From positions 1 to 63,993 of the IMG/VR virus record IMGVR_UViG_3300008448_006341: a stretch of 63,993 nucleotides of DNA; one strand, given 5' to 3'. Positions within the stretch are counted from its first letter, which is position 1, and every line of letters starts with the position of its first letter. This stretch comes from a virus (taxonomy: Duplodnaviria > Caudoviricetes). Of this stretch, positions 19,281 through 27,605 are shown piece by piece. The notes under the pieces are model-generated. The model searched no databases. It was not told the DNA's origin and saw only the letters and a list, made by a program, of their open reading frames with translations. The position numbers were made by a program, and so were the translations under genes.

Positions 19281-19502
19281 TTAGGCGGCTCCGTCCTTCT
19301 TTGGAAACAGTACTTTAGATACTGATTCTACAGAATACTTGGTCATGTCAATGGTGTTGTTAACAGCCATTTTAGCGAATTGAGTTTGTGCATCAATATA
19401 GGCGTGTGCAGCCTTATTCAATGCTGGGTCTTTGAATACTTGATCAGTTACTAGCTTTTTAGTGCTTTGAAAAGATTCAATAAAAAAGTGTGGTGTAAAC
19501 AT
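19281..19502 (-). CDS. Small helical protein, phasin-like
   Basis: AGGAG SD; amphipathic Ala/Lys/Gln-rich helices (YIDAQTQFAKMAV). Phasin call is tentative. Confidence 0.5.
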   Translation of the reverse strand: MFTPHFFIESFQSTKKLVTDQVFKDPALNKAAHAYIDAQTQFAKMAVNNTIDMTKYSVESVSKVLFPKKDGAA

Positions 19503-19573
19503 ATTTGTCTCCTGTGTGTAAAGTATGTGTTATTATATATATCTTTTTTAGAAATAGCAATAGAAAATAATGA

Positions 19574-19693
19574 TCATTTCACCATTAACGCTTTTGCTTC
19601 TTCATATCGTCCTATGCGAGCTAATGCGCATGCCGCTCTGGTTTGTCCAATTGATAGGCAAATGTTGTACAATGTATTTAAAAAGTTTTTCAT
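19574..19693 (-). CDS. 39-aa protein
   Basis: MKNFLNTLYNICLSIGQTRAACALARIGRYEEAKALMVK; AAGGA SD; ATGA-coupled. Confidence 0.65.
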   Translation of the reverse strand: MKNFLNTLYNICLSIGQTRAACALARIGRYEEAKALMVK

Positions 19694-19866
19694 AGATAAG
19701 TTTCCTTGTGAGAATTAAATTGTCGGATATAGTTTTCCAACTGTGCGGCATCGGTAATGCCTTTGGTGTTTAGATAAGCGTCTAAACGGCTTTGGTAACT
19801 AGAACCTGGAAACATTTCGCTCAAACGTTCCATGATCCTAATCATTTGCTCTGATATGAATTTCAT
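19690..19866 (-). CDS. 58-aa protein, DUF3563-like
   Basis: MKFISEQMIRIMERLSEMFPGSSYQSRLDAYLNTKGITDAAQLENYIRQF...; AGGA SD. Confidence 0.6.
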   Translation of the reverse strand: MKFISEQMIRIMERLSEMFPGSSYQSRLDAYLNTKGITDAAQLENYIRQFNSHKETYL

Positions 19867-19934
19867 GTTATAATCCTAGTGTAAGTGTGTGCAGATACTC
19901 ATGGTTTCTACTAATATATTTAGCAAAATGTTAT

Positions 19935-19946
19935 TGCCCTGCACAA
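19935..19946. promoter_or_regulatory. PhaR-like operator candidate
   Basis: TGCCCTGCACAA next to a minus-strand TAAATA (19917-19922) upstream of the small-gene cassette. Confidence 0.4.
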
Positions 19947-19999
19947 AAAACATTTGATTCTTTAAAAAGGTTAAATATAACAAAGGATTATAGGTAAAA

Positions 20000-20257
20000 A
20001 TGCGTAAAAGTACCAGATCGATTCTGCAGGAATTAAGTGATTTAGGCATAAATCGTAACAAGGACTTGGTTATAGAAAGCCGAGGTACCAACCTTATCGA
20101 AAGTGCTGTCAATCTATTGACTATGATTCGCGAGAATTACGATTTAGAAACAGCAGCTGAATTAGAAAGGCGTTTCCTTAACGCTATACGAACAGGCGAG
20201 CCAGCTAAATTTAAGCGCGGCATCAAAAAAATACAGGAAAATAAAGACAATGGCTGA
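20000..20257 (+). CDS. Hypothetical phage protein
   Basis: TAAATA upstream; ELERRFLNAIRTGEPAKFKRG. Confidence 0.75.
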   Translation: MRKSTRSILQELSDLGINRNKDLVIESRGTNLIESAVNLLTMIRENYDLETAAELERRFLNAIRTGEPAKFKRGIKKIQENKDNG

Positions 20258-21029
20258 AAAAGGCAGTAGAGTCTTTGGTGATACTGTGCCCTTCCAAAAG
20301 AAGTACGCAGACGAGATAAAGGCTAAAATGGACAAGTACCTAGGTAAAATAGGTTTACAATCTGTTGGCGTTGGATCAACTGCTGATCCCGACAAAGATC
20401 CAGAAGAAACAGCCAGTGACCTAGATACCATGGTAGATCTTGATGACATCATCCAAGCACTTAATCCGCAGGTAGATCAGTCAGACAAGAAAGACAGCAT
20501 TGAAAAAGCAGCTCGCCGAGCATTATCTAGTGCAATACAACAAATGGGTCTACAGACCAGCCAAGCAGGTGTAAACGTATTTGTACGTATGCCCTTTGGT
20601 CCTAATGCACATCAAGTTGATTTAGAGTGCATACGCAAAGTACCTAAAGTAAGTCGTTACCATCAGCACAAAATTCCCAAAGGCAGTCCCTACAAGGGAG
20701 TAAACAAACAGCTGATGATTGCTAGCCTAGCCAAACAAAAAGGCTATGTGTATAGTGCATGGGAAGGACTGTATGTTCGTACTCCTGAAAATAAAAAGGG
20801 AGACCTAGTAGCAGATGACTGGGATGAAATGGCCAAAGTGCTATTAGGTCCAACTGCTGACGGCAATAATCTTTCCAGCGTAGAAGCAATAATGAAGAGC
20901 CTTCCAGCTGATCAAGCTGAAGCTCTGTTGGCCCATGTAAGACAAGATAAGAACTGGGCGGAGAAACAAGCACAGCCCAAGGTTAATACTACTGAGTGGT
21001 TTAAAAACATGTTAGGCAGAATAGAATGA
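20250..21029 (+). CDS. Pol-beta-type nucleotidyltransferase-like protein
   Basis: VGS...SDLDTMVD and downstream QVDL. Confidence 0.55.
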   Translation: MAEKGSRVFGDTVPFQKKYADEIKAKMDKYLGKIGLQSVGVGSTADPDKDPEETASDLDTMVDLDDIIQALNPQVDQSDKKDSIEKAARRALSSAIQQMGLQTSQAGVNVFVRMPFGPNAHQVDLECIRKVPKVSRYHQHKIPKGSPYKGVNKQLMIASLAKQKGYVYSAWEGLYVRTPENKKGDLVADDWDEMAKVLLGPTADGNNLSSVEAIMKSLPADQAEALLAHVRQDKNWAEKQAQPKVNTTEWFKNMLGRIE

Positions 21030-22177
21030 GAGCCAGAGAATTTTTACGCGAAGCAGAAGCTGCCACAGTTAAGAAGCTAGGTCGTGCATTCAACCATTTA
21101 GAAGATCTAGTATTCTTCTATGGCAGTAAAGGTACACTAGAGTCATTACAACATCTACGAGAAATTGCATCAGAAGAAGGCAGTAAGACTGTGCGTATGA
21201 AGTGGGACGGTAATCCGCAGATCTATTGGGGCCGTGCTGCAAAAAATGGACCACTAGTACTGGCAGGACACAACGGTTGGAGTAGAGGTGCAGTCACAGA
21301 TAACCCACGAGAGCTCTATGACTTCATAGCTAACAAGAGCGGCACTCCTAAAACTCCAGAAGAGAAAAAACAACGAGATGCTTTCGCCAAACAGTTTGCC
21401 AGTCTATATCCATTGTTTGATCGTGCCACACCTAAAGACTTTGTTGGCTATGTTTATGCTGACGGGCTGTTCCTACAGCGTCCGCAGGTAGACCAACAAG
21501 GTGTTTATAATTTTTGTCCTAACCCAAAAAGCAAAACCTGTTATCATGTACGAGCAGACAGCCAACTAGGGCAACAAATTGGTCAGGCACAGGTTATGGT
21601 TGTGGGACATGCTTACTTCTCAGAGTTTGGCATGGACGACAGCGACCAGGAGCCCATGGACGACTTCAGCATGTTTAACACTACTCCTGCTCTAATAGTA
21701 CAAGGACCTGTGTATAACAGTACGCCAGTTAATCTTGCCAGCGATAGCATAGCTGAAGTAGAAACGTTCCTTACCAAGAACGCTGGTCAAATAGACAGCT
21801 TCTTGCAAAACACTCCAGGGCTTGGCGATCTTAAAAATATATTGTATACCTATGTAAATCAAACTGCCAAAGTTAGGGCACTTGATCAATTAGGTCCGCA
21901 GCACTTTTTCAATTGGATGACCACAAGCAAGGTCAGTACCAACAAGCAGACTAAAATAAAAGAGCTGGCACAGCAACATCAGAATGCTCTTGACTCTATC
22001 TTTACATTGGTTAGAATGATCATGGATCTCAAAGACGATGTGATCAACCAAATAGAATCAGGTGAAAAGGGAGAGATCTGGGACACTGAAGGCGAAGGCC
22101 GTGTTCGTTATGCTGGGCAGGGCAAGCAGTTCGGTAATGTTAAGCTAGTGCCTAGAAAGCGTTGGACTCCTACATAA
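21026..22177 (+). CDS. Putative virion protein with ligase-like KxDG motif
   Basis: MRAREFLRE; HLED, MKWDGNP, EGEGRV, VKLVPR resemble ligase motifs I/IV/V. Confidence 0.55.
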   Translation: MRAREFLREAEAATVKKLGRAFNHLEDLVFFYGSKGTLESLQHLREIASEEGSKTVRMKWDGNPQIYWGRAAKNGPLVLAGHNGWSRGAVTDNPRELYDFIANKSGTPKTPEEKKQRDAFAKQFASLYPLFDRATPKDFVGYVYADGLFLQRPQVDQQGVYNFCPNPKSKTCYHVRADSQLGQQIGQAQVMVVGHAYFSEFGMDDSDQEPMDDFSMFNTTPALIVQGPVYNSTPVNLASDSIAEVETFLTKNAGQIDSFLQNTPGLGDLKNILYTYVNQTAKVRALDQLGPQHFFNWMTTSKVSTNKQTKIKELAQQHQNALDSIFTLVRMIMDLKDDVINQIESGEKGEIWDTEGEGRVRYAGQGKQFGNVKLVPRKRWTPT

Positions 22178-22836
22178 TGTTTACAGATATAGAATTAGCC
22201 ACAATGAACGGTGGCCATGCTCTTTATACTCCTGCTAAAGGTAAGATGAGCTTTATCAAAGAACTCAAAGAAGCTAGACTGCTGTACAGTTTAGATGATC
22301 TCAAGAGCAGTTACTCCGACACATGTGAAAACTTATACCTAGCCCTGTTAGCTTTAGAGCTCACGGCACATTGTAAAGAAACACAGAGCTTTGCTAAAAA
22401 GTATGCCAGCGAAACTGTCAAGTGGGGCGTAGAGTACAGAGAGTTTAGATCCAGTGCCAACGACCTCTACAACTTCATTTATCTTGTACAGGCAGAACCT
22501 AGCAAAGTAGAAAAAATATTTAAAAGTGAAGATGCTAGAAAGCTGCGAGAAAAAACGCAGTTACCTTTGATGCAGCTCAACGGATATCTTACCAGTCTTA
22601 CTACGCCCAACAACAGAGATATCTATTTCCTCATGCGTGTTGAACAGGCATTATCTATTAAGAATTCAAACTCTAAAGAAATACGCAGACTATTAAGCTA
22701 TAAAAACCCCACAGACAGCGATGTAAAACAGCTGGCCTATAGGATCCTTAATGAGTTTAGAAACAGACTATCGCAGTTTGATCTACTACCCGACCTAGAG
22801 CGTCAATTAAGCAAGAATCTTACTTTTGATCGCTGA
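22177..22836 (+). CDS. Hypothetical phage protein
   Basis: Coupled helical ORF. Confidence 0.7.
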   Translation: MFTDIELATMNGGHALYTPAKGKMSFIKELKEARLLYSLDDLKSSYSDTCENLYLALLALELTAHCKETQSFAKKYASETVKWGVEYREFRSSANDLYNFIYLVQAEPSKVEKIFKSEDARKLREKTQLPLMQLNGYLTSLTTPNNRDIYFLMRVEQALSIKNSNSKEIRRLLSYKNPTDSDVKQLAYRILNEFRNRLSQFDLLPDLERQLSKNLTFDR

Positions 22837-22870
22837 TTTTGTCTATTTGAGCCCAATTTTTTTCAGTTGG

Positions 22871-22878
22871 TATAAATA
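22871..22878 (+). promoter_or_regulatory. T4-type late promoter
   Basis: TATAAATA. Confidence 0.75.
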
Positions 22879-22934
22879 ATATTACAAAGGCCACAGAGTC
22901 GTGGTCTAAAGCATAAATCAGAGGAGATTTTATT

Positions 22935-23402
22935 ATGCCAGATATTTCAAGCGTAGTAGTTGGTTCAACAACAGTTGGTGCTAACTATCTTAAAGCCGTA
23001 CAAAGCCCAGGCGCTGCATTAGGTGGTTTAACAGCCAGCGACACAGTACCATTGTTAACATTCAGCACACCAAATTTACGTCTATTCAGAGTTTCTCTTG
23101 CAGGCGTAGATCTAACAGCTACTCCAGGTGCTGCAAACAGCGCATGGTCTAAAGCTGTTCGCGCACTACAAGTAACTAGTGAACTATTTGCTGTATTTGC
23201 ACCAGAGTATGACACAGTTACAGAAGGTGCTAGCACATTCTGCTATATGGCTCCAGACTTCAACACAAACGTTGGTCCAGCTACAAACAGCAACCCATTG
23301 AGCACTCCGCTATTCACAACAGTTGAGACAGCTATTAATGATGCAACTGGTGGTACAGCTACCGTTAGCTATGTAGCCTTAACAGGTGTAGCAGTAGCTT
23401 AA
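22935..23402 (+). CDS. Putative abundant virion structural protein
   Basis: Late promoter, GAGGAG SD and own terminator; Ala/Thr/Val-rich. Confidence 0.65.
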   Translation: MPDISSVVVGSTTVGANYLKAVQSPGAALGGLTASDTVPLLTFSTPNLRLFRVSLAGVDLTATPGAANSAWSKAVRALQVTSELFAVFAPEYDTVTEGASTFCYMAPDFNTNVGPATNSNPLSTPLFTTVETAINDATGGTATVSYVALTGVAVA

Positions 23403-23427
23403 TTCTTTATCAAACGGGATGGGAAGG

Positions 23428-23454
23428 GGCCCTAGTTTTTACTAGGGCTTTTTT
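23428..23454 (+). terminator. Intrinsic terminator
   Basis: GGCCCTAGT-TTTT-ACTAGGGCTTTTTT. Confidence 0.85.
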
Positions 23455-23472
23455 ACGACTATTAAATACAGC

Positions 23473-23970
23473 ATGAAAGACGAAACTTTAAAATTACTTA
23501 ATATTCATAAGAAACATGTTACTATTACATCTGAGTTAATAGAACGTGTTTTAAAACTTAAAGACTATCATCCTAGTAGACAAATGACCAACAGAGGAGG
23601 ATGGCGATCTGATAAGTTTATCGATGAAGAACTATGGATTAAAGAATTGCGAGAATACATAGAAGAACTGTGCGAATCTGCTACTCGTAGATTTTGGATT
23701 AATATTAACGGCAAAGGACACTGGAACGAATGGCATACGCACGAATACGCAAGATACGGTATTGTATTTTACCTACAAGTTCCCCAAGACTCTGGAGACA
23801 TAGTTTTTAGAAAAGATGACATAGAATACCCGCTAACTCCTTATCCAGGTTTGTTGTTAATGATTCCTGGAAGATTAGAGCATAAAGTATTACCTAATAA
23901 TAGCGAAGAAAATCGTATAAGCATTGCTGCAAACCTAGAAAAATTAGTAGACCCTTTGAGCCCATATTAA
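23473..23970 (+). CDS. 2OG-Fe(II) oxygenase-like protein
   Basis: GGWRS, WININ, HTH, FYLQVP, LEHKV, RISIAAN. Confidence 0.85.
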   Translation: MKDETLKLLNIHKKHVTITSELIERVLKLKDYHPSRQMTNRGGWRSDKFIDEELWIKELREYIEELCESATRRFWININGKGHWNEWHTHEYARYGIVFYLQVPQDSGDIVFRKDDIEYPLTPYPGLLLMIPGRLEHKVLPNNSEENRISIAANLEKLVDPLSPY

Positions 23971-23977
23971 ATAATCC

Positions 23978-24379
23978 ATGCAATATAAACTATATACACT
24001 AGTTGACATAACTAACACCGGACAATATAGATTTGAAGACGGCAAAGAAGATCTTTGGAAAAAAGAACAGAACTTCAATACTCTACTGTTTACACTAGGG
24101 CTACGGTCAAACATAACATATACAACAAAACCGCAGAGACTAGAAGTAGGCGGCCGCCTCATAGGCTTTGACACTGATGAGATCATACGAGTTTGGCGGT
24201 TTGACTGGTCTACAGAGGGTGATTATTATACCGTAGATGATGATAATATTGGTTACCTAAAACAGGACTTCCATCTGGTGCCCTATATTGAAGGGTTAGA
24301 TGAAGCAATGGAGCAGAGGCACCGTGTGTTCTGTACCCAGGATCCAGGCAAGAATATTGTTTTCTTTTTGAAACAATAA
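23978..24379 (+). CDS. Hypothetical phage protein
   Basis: TLVDITNTG ... QNFNTLL; TAAATA-N4-ATG. Confidence 0.75.
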   Translation: MQYKLYTLVDITNTGQYRFEDGKEDLWKKEQNFNTLLFTLGLRSNITYTTKPQRLEVGGRLIGFDTDEIIRVWRFDWSTEGDYYTVDDDNIGYLKQDFHLVPYIEGLDEAMEQRHRVFCTQDPGKNIVFFLKQ

Positions 24380-24396
24380 ATAAAGAGTAGGCTCAT

Positions 24397-24461
24397 ATAT
24401 AGGCGATAGTTAAAGGCACATGTCCGGAAGGAACTTGACCAACAGGAGACCCGCCTATATG
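24397..24461 (+). promoter_or_regulatory. Structured 5' leader masking the start codon
   Basis: ATATAGGCG (24397) pairs with CGCCTATAT (24452-24460, includes AT of ATG); inner GTTAA/TTGAC and TCC-GGAA-GGA. Confidence 0.5.
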
Positions 24462-24764
24462 GCAACCACAGCAGAACGTTTGGGCATTGTAGAAACCAAA
24501 GTCCATAATTTAGATGAAAAAATTGATCATCTAAAATCAGATGTTAGAGATGTACACGACTGTTTAGATCGTACTGGTGACGAGCTTAAACAACAGTTGC
24601 AGACCATGCACGACGATTCCTGCAGACAGCACAATGAGCTGGCTGGGAAGATCAGTGAGTTAGAAAAATTTAGATTAAAATGGACATATATGATTGCAGG
24701 TGCTATTGCTGTGCTGGGAATTATGTCAGGCCACTTTGAGAAAATAGAAACTTTTTTTAAGTAA
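24459..24764 (+). CDS. Coiled-coil protein with C-terminal transmembrane helix
   Basis: AGGAG upstream; heptads then WTYMIAGAIAVLGIM. Confidence 0.7.
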   Translation: MATTAERLGIVETKVHNLDEKIDHLKSDVRDVHDCLDRTGDELKQQLQTMHDDSCRQHNELAGKISELEKFRLKWTYMIAGAIAVLGIMSGHFEKIETFFK

Positions 24765-24770
24765 TGTACA

Positions 24771-25490
24771 ATGTATCTACGAGAATTTACCCAAGAAGGA
24801 ATTGTTGATGCCGCAGTCCAATTTCATAGAGAGCTAAACCCTAAACTATGGAATGGTAAAGTACTCAAACCAATAGTAAGATACAAACTTTTAGAAATCG
24901 CTAGACATTTTATTGAATTCATAGACATACCTAATCTACGTTTGAAAGACGTTACTATATCAGGTAGTAACGCAGCCTACAGTTATACATCACAGAGCGA
25001 TATAGATCTACACCTAGTAGTTGATGTTCCTGAACAACAGGAAAAACTACTAAAACCTCTATACGATGCTAAAAAGAATCAATACAACTACAATCACGAT
25101 ATTAAAATCAAAGATATAGATGTAGAGTTATATGTACAGCCCAGTGTAGACAAACATCACAGTCTGGGCATTTTCAGTGTACTAGATAACAAATGGATAT
25201 CAGAGCCTACCATGGGCTCAGTAAAGATCAACGACAGCGATGTGCAGTTAAAAGTTGACAATTATTTAAATAAAATAATGCAGGCACTGACCAGTGATGA
25301 ACTGGCCACTGCAAAAGATATACAGCAAGAAATAAGCAAGATAAGACAAGCTGGTCTAGAGCAAGGTGGAGAATTTAGCATTGAGAACGTAGCCTATAAG
25401 GTTTTACGTGCTAAAGGATTCATCGAGCAACTGCGCCAGCATATATACAAGTTACAAGACAAAGAGCTGAGTCTCGGAGAACAAAAATGA
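24771..25490 (+). CDS. Pol-beta-type nucleotidyltransferase
   Basis: SGSNAAYSYTSQSDIDLHL, VELYVQ; MYLREF N-terminus. Confidence 0.75.
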   Translation: MYLREFTQEGIVDAAVQFHRELNPKLWNGKVLKPIVRYKLLEIARHFIEFIDIPNLRLKDVTISGSNAAYSYTSQSDIDLHLVVDVPEQQEKLLKPLYDAKKNQYNYNHDIKIKDIDVELYVQPSVDKHHSLGIFSVLDNKWISEPTMGSVKINDSDVQLKVDNYLNKIMQALTSDELATAKDIQQEISKIRQAGLEQGGEFSIENVAYKVLRAKGFIEQLRQHIYKLQDKELSLGEQK

Positions 25491-26905
25491 AACGCAATGA
25501 AATCATAGAAGGCCTACGCGATCCCAAAGATAATCCCTGTTGGAAGGGCTACAAGCCTGTAGGTACTAAAAAGAAAGGCGGCAAGACTGTGCCTAACTGT
25601 GTGCCAAACGAGGGAGTAGAAGAAGGGCGATATGATCGTCGAGATGCTTACCAACGTGATTATGATTCGAGCATTTCAGGAATGGATGGCAGCGATCGTC
25701 GCGAATTCAAACGCCGTGAAATGGAACACGAATTAGGACACGAGACTAACAACTATGCTGTGGCCATTGACGGACGTACATGGAAAGTGTTTGCCAGCAA
25801 GAATCATGCGCAGGCAGTGGCCCGTTCTTTGCAAAACAAAGGCAAGAATGCCACAGTACATGAAACAGGCGCTGAGCCAACAAATGAAGCTGTTAAAAAA
25901 GAAGCACCTAAACCTCGTAACTTCGTAGCCAAGAACGCTAAAATGGGCGGCGCCGGACAGCACAAAGATAAAAAGAAAGCTGAAAAACAAGGCGATGCTA
26001 AACATAAAAAGCCTTACTATGAGCAGAACTATACAGCCGACGAAATGGTAGATATTCTTTCTGGAAAGAAAACACAAGCACAGGTAGATGCAGAAAGAAA
26101 AACAAAGCCGCAGACAGCTCCGCAGGGTCAAGCACCGCAACAACCTAAAGCACCTAAAGCACCCGCAGTACCAGTAGCGCCTGCTAGAGAAGCATCGGGC
26201 GAACTTAAGGTACAGAAAGACGATGACAAAGCCACTGTGTTGCTTAATCCAGCAACTGGAGTTCAAACACAGATTGACAAAACAAATCCTAACTCTCCAA
26301 GACTAACACAAGACCCTACAGGTAAACTTAAACTTACTGCTCCACAAGGAGCACAGTCTGGCGGACTAGCACAGAAACCAAATCTTGCTGGTAAGAGCGT
26401 TGAAATAGAAGCTCCTCCGATGGAGGCGCATCAAGAAAAACGGCAATCAACTCCGCAGGCTCCAGTAAGAAATCCGAATATGACTCAGCAGACACAGGAT
26501 AGATTGGGAATATCGTTGGACAGTCAAGGACGAACGGCTCCCGGAGCCAATTTGGCAAGACCCGCTGGACCACAACAGGGCGAAGTTGGCTCGGAACTAG
26601 CCCGTCTCAGCGGCGGTGAATTTGCTACCCGGGCTGACAGATTGAATAAGGCCAAAGTTGATGCTATATTGCAAGGACAATTAAGATTGGGCCCCGGATA
26701 CGAGGCTGGCAGTGCTGCTGCCAACAGGGAGCTACTCAATTTTTTCCGCCGCAAAGAGGTAGTAGACAAAAATTTAGCTTGGTCCCTGGCATTGTCTAGG
26801 AAAGAGCGCGAACGTATTGAAGCTGAGAAAGACAAATCCACCAAGACTTTACCCGAAGATAAAAATCAATTGACGAGATTGATGAAACTGTCAGGGCAAC
26901 GTTGA
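25487..26905 (+). CDS. Modular putative internal virion protein
   Basis: MKRNEIIE; short modules bounded by Glu sites; ends RLMKLSGQR. Confidence 0.65.
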   Translation: MKRNEIIEGLRDPKDNPCWKGYKPVGTKKKGGKTVPNCVPNEGVEEGRYDRRDAYQRDYDSSISGMDGSDRREFKRREMEHELGHETNNYAVAIDGRTWKVFASKNHAQAVARSLQNKGKNATVHETGAEPTNEAVKKEAPKPRNFVAKNAKMGGAGQHKDKKKAEKQGDAKHKKPYYEQNYTADEMVDILSGKKTQAQVDAERKTKPQTAPQGQAPQQPKAPKAPAVPVAPAREASGELKVQKDDDKATVLLNPATGVQTQIDKTNPNSPRLTQDPTGKLKLTAPQGAQSGGLAQKPNLAGKSVEIEAPPMEAHQEKRQSTPQAPVRNPNMTQQTQDRLGISLDSQGRTAPGANLARPAGPQQGEVGSELARLSGGEFATRADRLNKAKVDAILQGQLRLGPGYEAGSAAANRELLNFFRRKEVVDKNLAWSLALSRKERERIEAEKDKSTKTLPEDKNQLTRLMKLSGQR

Positions 26906-26906
26906 T

Positions 26907-27605
26907 ATGAAAATACTAGAAGTTACCCAATCTGTACAACCTGTACAACCTACACCTAATCCTAGAATAGATATTACCTTCCCAGATGGAAGAACATCTA
27001 AAGACACAGATAAACTAAAACCCGCTGTTAAGCCAGTTGGGGTTAAACCTACCGGTAAAGTTGTACCAATTTCTCAACCTTCACAAATGGGGCAGATGTT
27101 GCAAGGTGCTGGCATTCCAAACATAGATTTGCCCGCAACACCTCCCCTGCCACAACAGGCCGGTTCAGGTGAAAAAATAGAAACTTTACCAAACGGTACA
27201 ACAAGTTACACTGGAGGCTTTGGACGTTACATCTACGATAAGACAGGCAAACCCCTTACATATCAAACCCCTTCTTTTAGCGGATTATCGCAAACAAACG
27301 ATCTAGTCACCGGAGTTATAACAGTTAGATATGCAGCTGGGCCGCTGGTTTTATCAACAAAATTTGATAAGACTGGTAAGCCGTTAGACTCTACTAAAAT
27401 TCAATATGATCTAGGATTAGGGGTAATGGGCTATGAAAAAGACAAGGGGATAACAGCTACTACTTGGCAAGACCGCGGTGATAATGTTGTTCAAAGTCGA
27501 GATATGGTAAAAGACCCTGCTGCCTATGACCGTGCAATGGCACAGGTACAGCAGACAACCAACGAAGAATTAAACACAGTATTAAAGATAGCGGGATTAA
27601 GATGA
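26907..27605 (+). CDS. Putative virion protein
   Basis: MKILEV ... LKIAGLR. Confidence 0.65.
   Translation: MKILEVTQSVQPVQPTPNPRIDITFPDGRTSKDTDKLKPAVKPVGVKPTGKVVPISQPSQMGQMLQGAGIPNIDLPATPPLPQQAGSGEKIETLPNGTTSYTGGFGRYIYDKTGKPLTYQTPSFSGLSQTNDLVTGVITVRYAAGPLVLSTKFDKTGKPLDSTKIQYDLGLGVMGYEKDKGITATTWQDRGDNVVQSRDMVKDPAAYDRAMAQVQQTTNEELNTVLKIAGLR

Noticed and set aside
24397-24461. Assignment of the leader to c-di-GMP-I or glutamine riboswitch classes
   Set aside because: Only fragments (AAAGGCA, CGGAAG) resemble them; the full consensus is not present by eye.
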